Shown: in pieces, positions 50,702 through 60,420 of the stretch
How the letters are laid out: every line of letters begins with the position of its first letter
Position numbering within the stretch: position 1 is the stretch's first letter
Origin: Haplodiscus bocki
Taxonomy: Eukaryota
Direction of reading: 5' to 3'
Assembly (NCBI GenBank): GCA_965655095.1
Contig: OZ296654.1
Span: 87,172,001 to 87,236,000, forward strand
DNA: 64,000 bases
Made by a program: the position numbers and the translations under genes
Notes under the pieces: model-generated
What the model was told of the DNA's origin: nothing
Database searches by the model: none
What the model saw: the letters and a program-made list of their open reading frames with translations, nothing else

Positions 50702-51126
50702 TTACTTCCTCTAAATCTCCTCTACGCCTTGCTGTAAATAGAAAATCTTCTAAAATTTTATCAGCATTTTCAAACTTATCAAAAAGACCCTTATCATTAA
50801 GTTATTGTATCGTCGTTTTCACAGCTCTTTGAATTATAATTTCTTCTACATTTTGTTTGTTGTATTGTAATTTAAACTCATTGCAACTTTTTTCAATGTA
50901 AGAGATATGTCCATCTATCTTTTTTATTTTCTCGTCTAAGTAAGCTTTGTTTATAACATCTTTCTCATCAACAGCTTCAAAGTTTGTTGTTATTTTTTCA
51001 TTTTTTATAAGTACCGTGTACTTAGAGTTTTAATTGATTATTATTTAAAACTTGTATTTTATCTCTTTTAGAAACGATATCATCGAATTCTGATTCCCAC
51101 AATTTTTTATGAGATTTATAAGCCAT
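50673..51126 (-). pseudogene. Coiled-coil, possibly fibre-like protein
   Basis: Contains DVINKAYLD, similar to the DAxNKxYVD stalk motif. Internal stops. Confidence 0.4.
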
Positions 51127-51472
51127 TTATAACTGTTTATTCATCTGTTTTTTCATCCTAGACATAACTAAATTGGGTCTTTTTTCGTCATCGTTTTGTT
51201 TTAATAATTTTAATTTAGATTCTTCAAACCATTTTTCATTGTGAGAGCCTACTTTATTTTTGAAAGTTTCGTTTTCTGTGTGTAATTCTAAAATATCATC
51301 CATCATCACCCATTAAATTAAAAGCTTTCTTGATAGCAGGCATCATAGAAACTAATCGTTCAACTTTTTTGGCTTGTGTTGTTAAAGATTGATTGTTAAA
51401 ATCTTTTAAATCTTGTATAGTATCACTTCTGACCGTTTTATCATTAGAATTTATTTGCATAGCCAAATCCAG
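51127..51472 (-). pseudogene. Disrupted hypothetical helical protein
   Basis: Degraded TAACTG start at 51472; C-terminal fragment at 51127-51309. Confidence 0.4.
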
Positions 51473-51669
51473 TTAAAAACACATATAATAGTATAATATC
51501 AATTATTCAAATACGAATAGTATTATAAATAATACTATCATCGTAGTTGTATAAAAGTTTGAATATAAAGTTATAATTACACATATAAGAGTTCATATAA
51601 CATTATTATCTAAATTTTCATCTGATGTTTGATCGTTAATTTCAACATTATCGTGAACAAAACCACCTT

Positions 51670-52060
51670 TCAAATTGTTTTTGTTTCTACTTTCTTACCG
51701 TTTTCATGTGAAGTCGATTGAGGTCGTTTGAGGTCATTTGATGTCATTTCAGCCCTTTTAACGCCAGGGTCCTGATGTGAATTGTTGTCAAAATTAGTAT
51801 CTGAAGGTTTTTTTGTTCTTTTATTGGTATTATTTGGGTGAAATCTGTACGGTAAAAGCATATTTATATCGTTACTGAATCTTTGTAAAGTACTAGTTGA
51901 GTAACTTAGTTGATTTGCTATTTCTGATTGTTTCATTTTAGGATTTTCATATTTAAACCGCATGAAATCAGCCATTAATTTTAGTTTATATTGACGAGAT
52001 ATCAAATTGGAATCAAGATTACTTGTTCTAGAGATTTGTTGTAAAGAGGAACTGTCATTA
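51670..52060 (-). pseudogene. Helix-turn-helix DNA-binding protein
   Basis: ENPKMKQSEIANQLSYSTSTLQRF is a classic HTH signature. The start is unclear. Confidence 0.7.
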
Positions 52061-52242
52061 ATTTTAAATTTTGAAATAAGAGAAAAAATAAAAATAAAAA
52101 CATAATTATAGCATTTAAAAATAAAATTATTTTAAAATATTTATTTTGTTTCTTTGTGTTATCAACAAAGTTGACGTATTCTTCAAGTAAATATGTTTTA
52201 ATGTTCTTTTTATATGTATAATAAATAAAGAATATTTTAATA

Positions 52243-53025
52243 ATGCAACATAATTATCGAAATAAATATTTAGTTGTAATGGATGGTGACGTGTATGTTT
52301 ATAATTATGAAAAAAGTAAATTTGACTAAACTTTCCTCTCTTTTCAAGAAAAAAATGTCGTTTTTTGGTAAATCAAAAGTTTGTGAAATGACAGAAATTT
52401 CTGGGGCTGTCGATAAAAGTTCTAATTTTGATGGTAATAAATTTTTGCTTCAATGTGAAAAGAATGAATATGTTTATATTTCCGGACTCGAGATTTTTCA
52501 ATTCAAGACGGATGATAAAATTATAGATTACATATTTTTATTGGCAACAATATGGTTCCTTATGTTAAAACACTAGGAGAAAAATATACATATTTCTTAT
52601 ACAATCGTTATAAATATATTCAAAATGGTAAAATTGAAGAAGGAAATTCGTTAAAGGTAACAAACAATAGCTTAGATCCGTATGATTATCATGTTGAAAT
52701 ATGTGGTATTGATGCTTTTAAAAAGTTAGCAAATGAGTTGATTCATACTTGTTGGCCAGGTCATCGAGATGGGGATGGAGAAGTGGAAGACGATTCGGAT
52801 GTTGAAGATGAATTTGAAGAGAACGAAGATTTGATTGAAATCAAATTTCATAAGGGGACCAACGAAATGGTTGAAAAATTTAGTCAAAAGTGTGTTATTC
52901 GTTCAGAAAGAGATAGAGATAGTGTTTATGCATTTAGACAATGCGGTCATCAATGTATTTGTGAGCAATGTTATCAAAAAAATGGTGATACTGATATGTT
53001 AAAATGTGTTGTCTGTAGAATATAA
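52243..53025 (+). pseudogene. RING-finger (C3HC4-type) protein, copy 1, frameshifted twice
   Basis: C-terminal CVI(R)...CGHQCICEQC...CVVCR with an acidic linker. The N-terminal domain is reconstructed across frames 1-2-1. Confidence 0.8.
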
Positions 53026-53041
53026 TAAAAAAGAGAAAAAA

Positions 53042-53227
53042 CTATTTTAAAAATTTTTTTAGATTCTTTTTTGATATTTTTAGAGGAGTTTTAGGTAATG
53101 ATTTTCTGGATAATTCAAATTTTATTTTTCCGTTTAAGGTATCATCTTCAAATTGTGAGACTTGTTTTTCATCGCCTTGTTTTTCTAAGTAACTATCACC
53201 TAAAGAAACGTTTTTAACTTTTTCCAT
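53042..53227 (-). CDS. Small basic hypothetical protein, 61 aa (copies at 54873-55058 and 56551-56733)
   Basis: TAAATG start in all three copies. Convergent with the RING gene. Copy 3 has an in-frame one-codon deletion. Confidence 0.45.
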   Translation of the reverse strand: MEKVKNVSLGDSYLEKQGDEKQVSQFEDDTLNGKIKFELSRKSLPKTPLKISKKNLKKFLK

Positions 53228-54073
53228 TTATAAGAAAGACTTCAATTGAAAAGATTTTTTTAAATTCAATTATACCTTGTTAAAAAAAGAGGTTTTTTTC
53301 TCAGTCAAAAAAAATTTGAGTAGTCTATCAAATATTAATATATTATATTATTTACAACTTTGAATACCGATGTGTGATAGATTATTTTTTAAATTAATGT
53401 TACAGAATAAAGAATGTATTCAAGCACATTGCAGTAATAGAAGAAATCCATTTCATTTTGCATGTCGTAAATGGTATTTATATAATAATCCACAATGTTG
53501 ATAAAGTATACTTACACGAATTCAAATACGAATTGTAGGTATAATTATTCGTATACTTGTACAAATACTACTTTGTCAATTTCTCGAAAATGATAAGAGC
53601 TACAGGGTTCAAAATCTCATGGTAACCTAAACTTTCAACGAGCTATCCAAGGATTTATCACACTTTGGTGTAGCTTAAAATTTTATAATCTCTACATGTT
53701 TAAAGCAAGTTGACAATACTGACTTTGTCAAATTTCTCGAAGATCATAATAGGTACAATGTTGAATTTTTCAGGGTCAACTAATTTTTTAACGGGCTATC
53801 CAATGACATATCACACTTTGCTGTAGCTCAAAATTTTGTAATCTGTACATGTTTGAGGTATGTTGACAAATACTGATTTTGTCAATTTTCTCGAACATTA
53901 AAACAGATACGAGGTTGAAGCAAAAATAAAAACATAAATAAAGCATTTGAAGATAAAATTATTTCAAAATATTTATTTTGTTTCTTTGTGTTATCAACAA
54001 AATGACGTGTTCTTCAAGTAAATATGTTTTAATGTTCATTTTATATGTATAATAAGTAATGGATATTTTCATA

Positions 54074-54856
54074 ATTCAAAATAATTATCGAAATATATAT
54101 TTAGTTGTAATGGATGGTGACGTGTATGTTTATAATTATGAAAAAAGTAAATTTGACCAAACTTTCCTCTCTTTTCAAGAGGAAAATGTTCTTTTTTGGT
54201 AAATCAAAAGTTTGTGAAAAGACAGAAATTTCTGGGGCTGCCGATAATAGTTCTAATTTTGATGGTAATAAACTTTTGCTTCAATGTGAAAAGAATGAAT
54301 ATGTTTATATTTCCGGACTCGAGTTTTTTCAATTCAAGACGGATGATAAAATTATAGATTACATATTTTTATTGGCAACAATATGGTTCCTTATGCTAAA
54401 ACACTAGGAGAAAAATATACATATTTCTTATACAATCGTTATAAATATAATCAAATTGATAAAATTGAAGAAGGAAATTCGTTAAAGGTGACAAACAAAA
54501 GCTTAGATCCGTATGATTATCATGTTGAAATATGTGGTACTGATGCTTTTAAAAAGTTAGCAAATGAGTTGATTCATACTTGTTGGCCAGGTCATCGAGA
54601 TGGGGATGGAGAAGTGGAAGGCGATTCGCATGTTGAAGATGAATTTGAAGAGAACGAAGATTTGATTGAAATCAAATTTCATAAGGGGACCAACGAAATG
54701 GTTAAAAAATTTAGTCAAATGTGTGTTATTCGTTCAGAAAGAGATAGAGATAGTGTTTATGCATTTAGACAATGCGGTCATCAATGTATTTGTGAGAAAT
54801 GTTATGAAAAAAATGGTGATACTGATATGTTAAAATGTGTTGTCTGTAGAATATAA
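54074..54856 (+). pseudogene. RING-finger protein, copy 2
   Basis: Same as copy 1; the C-terminal 157-aa ORF differs at 12 positions. Confidence 0.8.
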
Positions 54857-55751
54857 TAAAAAAGAGAAAAAACTATTTTAAAACTTTTTTTAGATTCTTT
54901 TTTGATAATTTTAGAGGAGTTTTAGGTAATGATTTTCTGCATAATTCAAATTTTATTTTTCCGTTTAAAGTATCATCTTCAAATTGTGAGACTTGTTTTT
55001 CTTCACCTTGTTTTTCTAAATAACTATCACCTAAAGAAACGTTTTTAACTTTTTCCATTTATAAGAAAGACTTCAATTGAAAAGATTTTTTTAAATTCAA
55101 TTATACTTGTTAAAAAAAGAGGTTTTTTTCTCAGTCAAAAAAAATTTGAGTAGTCTATCAAATAATAATATATTATATTATTTACAACTTTGAATACCGA
55201 TGTGTGATAGATTATTTTTTAAATTAATGTTACAGAATAAAGAATGTATTCAAGCACATTGCAGTAATAGAAGAAATCCTCTTCATTTTGCATGTCGTAA
55301 ATGGTATTTATGTAATAATCCACAATGTTGATAAAGTATACTTACACGAATTCAAATACGAATTGTAGGTATAATTATTCGTATACTTGTACAAATACTA
55401 CTTTGTCAATTTCTCGAAAATGATAAGAGCTACAGGGTTCAAAATCTCATGGTAACCTAAACTTTCAACGAGCTATCCAAGGATTTATCACACTTTGGTG
55501 TAGCTTAAAATTTTATAATCTCTACATGTTTGAGGTATGTTGACAAATACTGATTTTGTCAATTTTCTCGAAGATTAAAACAGATACGAGGTTGAAATAA
55601 AAATAAAAACATAATTATAGCATTTAAGAATAAAATTATTTTAAAATATATTTTTTGTTTCTTTGTGTTATTAACAAAGTTGACGTATTCTTCAAGTAAT
55701 TTTGTTTTAATGTTCATTTTATATGTATAATAAGTAATGGATATTTTCATA

Positions 55752-56534
55752 ATGCTATATAATTATCGAAATAAATATTTAGTTGTAATGGATGGTGACG
55801 TGTATGTTTATAATTATGAAAAAAGTAAATTTGACCAAACTTTCCTCTCTTTTCAAGAGGAAAATGTTCTTTTTTGGTAAATCAAAAGTTTGTGAAATGA
55901 CAGAAATTTCTGGGGCTGCCGATAATAGTTCTAATTTTGATGGTAATAAACTTTTGCTTCAATGTGAAAAGAATGAATATGTTTATATTTCCGGACTCGA
56001 GTTTTTTCAATTCAAGACGGATGATAAAATTATAGATTACATATTTTTATTGGCAACAATATGGTTCCTTATGCTAAAACACTAGGAGAAAAATATACAT
56101 ATTTCTTATACAATCGTTATAAATATAATCAAATTGATAAAATTGAAGAAGGAAATTCGTTAAAGGTGACAAACAAAAGCTTAGATCCGTATGATTATCA
56201 TGTTGAAACATGTGGTAATGATGCTTTTAAAAAAATAGCAAATGAGTTGATTCGTACTTGTTGGCCAGGTCATCGAGATGGGGATGGAGAAGTGGAAGAC
56301 GATTCGGATGTTGAAGATGAAGTTGAAGAGAACGAAGGTTTGGTTGAAATCAAATTTCATAAGGGGACCAACGAAATGGTTAAAATGTTTAGTCAAAAGT
56401 GTGTTATTCGTTCAGAAAGAGATAGAGATAGTGTTTATGCATTTAGACAATGCGGTCATCAATGTATTTGTGAGAAATGTTATGAAAAAAATGGTGATAC
56501 TGATATGTTAAAATGTGTTGTCTGTAGAATATAA
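55752..56534 (+). pseudogene. RING-finger protein, copy 3
   Basis: Same layout and same lesions as copies 1 and 2. Confidence 0.8.
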
Positions 56535-56919
56535 TAAAAAAGAGAAAAAACTATTTTAAAACTTTTTTTAGATTCTTTTTTGATAATTTTACAGGATTTT
56601 TAGGTAATGATTTTCTGGATAATTCAATTTTTTTCCCGTTTAAAGTATCATCTTCAAAATGTGCGACTTGTTTTTCATCACCTTGTTTTTCTAAATAACT
56701 ATCACCTAAAGAAATGTTTTTATCTTTTTCCATTTATAAGAAAGACCTTAATTGAAAAGATTTTTTTAAATTCAATTATACCTTGTTAAAGTAAGAGGTT
56801 TTTTTCTTAGTCAAATAAAAATTTATAGTAGTCTATCAAATAATAATATATTATATTATTTACAACTTTGAATACCGATGTGTGATAGATGAATTTTTAA
56901 ATTAATGTTACAGAATAAA

Positions 56920-58761
56920 GAATGTATTCAAGCACATTGCAATAATAGAAGAAATCCATTTCATTTTGCATGTCGTAAAGGGTATTTATATAATAATCCA
57001 CAATGTTGATAAAGTATACTTACACGAATTCAAATATGAATAGTAGGTATAATTATTCGTAAACTTGTACAAATACTACTTTGTCAATTTCTCGAAAATG
57101 ATAAGAGCTCCAGGGTTCAAAATTTCATGGTAACCTAAACTTTCAACGAGCTGTCCAAGGATATATCACACTTTGGTGTAGCCTAAAATTTTATAATCTC
57201 TACATGTTTAAACTATGTTGACAATAATGACTTTGTCAAATTTCTCGAAGATCTTAATAGATACAAATTTGAGTTTTTCAGGGTAAACTAAACTTTTAAC
57301 GGGCTATCCACTGATATATCTCTCTTTTTTGTAGGTTAAACTTTTATAATCTCTACTTATTCAAAGTATGTTGACAATACTGACTTTGTCAGTTTTCTCG
57401 AGGTTTATCATAGATACGAAGTTGAAATTTTCAGGATACATTTATATTTTAATAGGCTATAGAATGATATATCTCACATCGAGCTCACATAGTGAAAACA
57501 TATTACACAAATTTTTACACTGTAGTGTGCACTCTTGTGTAATTTACACAAATTTTTACACCGTTGAGTAATTTTTAGTGTAATTTTTTGTGTAAATGTT
57601 TGTGTATATTTTTGTGTAAATTTTTTTGAAATTTTTTGTGTAATTTAACTTTTCGATTCTACGGTCACTTAAATCCGGAATTATTTATACACACTTTCAT
57701 GCGTTTATACTTAGTTCGAGCATGATTTTCATTGGTGGAAATTCACAGATAAATGATTGTACATCTGTTATGCGAGACATTAGTCGAGCATCCCACGATC
57801 TTCGTAAAAGCGAGTCGAAAAAGGCGGAGCTCGAAGACCTGAACAACAATATAAGCGAAAGGCGATGTGAGCTGAAAGCGAAGGAGCCGGTGAGTGAGCG
57901 CAGCGAATGAGCGAGCGGGTATAATTGTCGGATTTGTTAGTAGGCGAGCGAAGCGAGGTTAGTGGCAAAACCGCATTATACTATATTATTTACGTGGTCA
58001 AAGAAATGCGAGATATCATGAAAGAATTCTATCTAATAAAAAGAAATCTTATAATTTTATTATATATAAATGAAGACTGTAAATGATATAATTTTATATA
58101 TAAACGATTTGTTTTTTGTTAAGTATTTGGAGGAAGATGTTTATAAAAAAATTATTCGTGTTAGAGGTGTATTAGTGAACGAAATTGGAGGTCTTGATTC
58201 AAAGAAATTAGCGAGTGTATTGCGTATTCTCGACAATATACATATGTCGTTTATTGCTCAGGGATTCGATGATATATGTATTAAAGCCGAATTAATACGC
58301 AATGAAATTTTCCAGTTAGTTAAAGAAAAGCGCAATATAATTAAAAGAAATTGATTACATCATCTAGATTATATTTGTATTTTCTGATAAGAATATCTTT
58401 TGGAAATCCATTAGTTTTATGACCGTCTATTCTACAAAGAAATATAAAACGATAAAACCTTTCATTAAAGTCAGAAACGAGCTTGATAGAGCTTCGAAAA
58501 GGCGAGCAATAAACTAATATTGTCGCGAATGATATTCAATTATGCGAGACGGAAGCGAGCATCCCACGAGATTCGTAGAAGCGAGTCGAAAAAGGCGAAG
58601 CTCGAAGAGCTGAGCAACAATATAAGCGAGAGGCCATGTGAGCTGAAAGCGAACGAGCCGGTGAGTGAGCGCAGCGAATGAGCGAGCGGGTATAATTGTC
58701 GGATTTGCTAGTAGGCGAGCGAAGCGAGGTTAGTGGCAAATCCGCAATATACTATATTATT
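56920..58761 (-). repeat. Right terminal inverted repeat (about 1.84 kb)
   Basis: Ends GGTTAGTGGCAAATCCGCAATATACTATATTATT. Contains two terminal-motif copies and two units of about 155 bp. Confidence 0.93.
58070..58354 (+). CDS. Intact 94-aa helical hypothetical protein inside the right TIR
   Basis: Identical to 36868-37152; TAAATG start. Confidence 0.7.
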   Translation: MKTVNDIILYINDLFFVKYLEEDVYKKIIRVRGVLVNEIGGLDSKKLASVLRILDNIHMSFIAQGFDDICIKAELIRNEIFQLVKEKRNIIKRN

Positions 58762-59355
58762 GACCTATTTTTCAGAAAATCATTTCTTTTATGAACTCTC
58801 AATTTCATTTATCGGATATTTTGCTCCATCATTTTCTGTCAATTTGTATTGGCACAAAAGCGATGGCCATCAACTGTGTATCATTGGTTCTTTGATGCAA
58901 ATTGATAGTCCGGTGAGCAAGCAACGATTGAAATCAAGAAAAAAAATTGATTTTCTAGAATGATCTTCTTTGTTTTCAAACTCGGGAAGAAATATTGACA
59001 ATAACATGATCATGGCGCAAAACTGGTCACCACCGTGTTGATGGCCTAATCATGATAAAAATTTGGCATGACCCGGTTTGGTCATCGCGTGAACATTGTT
59101 TACCATGTTTATATACGACGAAAAGACTCAGAATTTATAAAGTAATATAATGGAAAACTCTGACAAGTTCTTGTTATATGAGTTCGGATATACTTGTTTA
59201 CTTCGGATAGACTCTGCAAGAAATTTTATGAGATTAAGGGGACGGGAAAAACTTGTCGAGGGAACTTAACAATGCCAGGACTTGCCTGGCCTGCAGAGAC
59301 AGCTGGAAAAGTTGATAACAGTTTCTGCAGCCAGTCGAGAGAAAGGTTATAATAA

Positions 59356-59572
59356 ACCGGGTCGAACTTTTTTGGGAAAACACCGCTATTTTTCCGGTTC
59401 AACGCCGTTAACGCCGCTATTTTTCCGGTTCAACGCCGTTAACGCCGCTACTTTTCCGGTTTAACGCCGTTATCTCCGCCGTTTTTCCGGTTAATAACGG
59501 CTTCTCTGGATAATTTTGACCGCCGTTAACGCCCTTATACGGGAAAATTTTCGGCCATTATTTCAACCCGGG
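59356..59572. mobile_element. MITE-like element with CCGGGT(C/T)GAA termini and a 31-bp internal minisatellite
   Basis: Ends ACCGGGTCGAA ... TTCAACCCGGG. The unit CCGCTATTTTTCCGGTTCAACGCCGTTAACG occurs about 3.5 times from 59383. Confidence 0.55.
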
Positions 59573-59579
59573 AAGAACA

Positions 59580-60420
59580 ACAAGAGCTTTGCTTTGAAGA
59601 ACATAGGCAGCGGAAACTACAATGATGTAATGCAAATGATCGACTCAAAGTTTGCCAAAGCAAAGTCGACCACACTGTTGAACAATTCACAAAGTACTCA
59701 AAAGCAGTGCTTTGCAAAGCAAACGAGTAGGCAGTACAGGCAACCCTTCGACATATTTTGACACGTTGGTTTGCCCACCACAACTGGATTTTATTGTCTG
59801 ACATTGGAATTCCATTTGAAGCTGCTCTCACAGAAGAGTTTATCGCAGTCTCATAACCTTCAAGTGTTCTCCTTTGTCAAACATCGATAGACCCAAAGTC
59901 TGATCGAAATCCAGGACAATCCATGCACTAAATTGTTGTCAGTGTACAGTAGTAAAAAAGAGATGGAATGAAACTTGCTTCCGACATAACTTGATTTGAT
60001 TTTAACTACACATGCTCATGATCACAGACAGTAGTCAATATCGTTCGCATACGTATATCCAGAGTTCGTAAGGAGAGATTTCCGTGCGATTAAGGAAGAG
60101 GTAGCTGACCTTCTACAGAAGCAACAACAAGTGTTTGATTCGCACGCAGCAACCTCCACCAAGCACAGCATAGACGGAAGCGACATTTCGAAAAACGCCT
60201 CAAAAGCAAAATTTTCAGAAAACGTAACAAGATTGCAAGATTTTGTCACAATATCCCCAAAAAAAACATTTGCAGTCATGGAAAGGAATAAATATGATTA
60301 ACAATGTGATGCTAGAAGGCCGCTGGTATATCCTTTTTAGTGGATTTAAAGTTCGCTTAGAACGTCTCAAACCATTCGTCAAAGAAAATTTGGACTGGAA
60401 GGTAGATCACATGACGCAAA
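59580..60420 (+). mobile_element. Decayed Ty3/gypsy integrase remnant related to 17651-18400
   Basis: LRHILTRWFAHH...LSDIGIPFEAALTEEF (about 59745-59840) and a GPY/F-like SWKGINMINNVMLEGRWYIL...VRLERLKPF (60275-60380). Confidence 0.6.

Larger units (their letters stand above)
52091..57270 (+). repeat. Three tandem copies of a 1.68-1.83 kb unit (52091-53922, 53923-55599, 55600-about 57270)
   Basis: Paralogous ORFs at 52283/54114/55792, 52552/54383/56061 and 53227/55058/56733. Periods are 1831 and 1678 bp. Confidence 0.95.
36500..58761. mobile_element. Polinton/Maverick (adintovirus-like) endogenous dsDNA virus, full length but pseudogenised
   Basis: Terminal inverted repeats of about 2 kb enclose pPolB, rve integrase, MCP, A32-type ATPase, pentons and adenain. 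The interior is markedly more AT-rich than the flanks. Confidence 0.96.
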
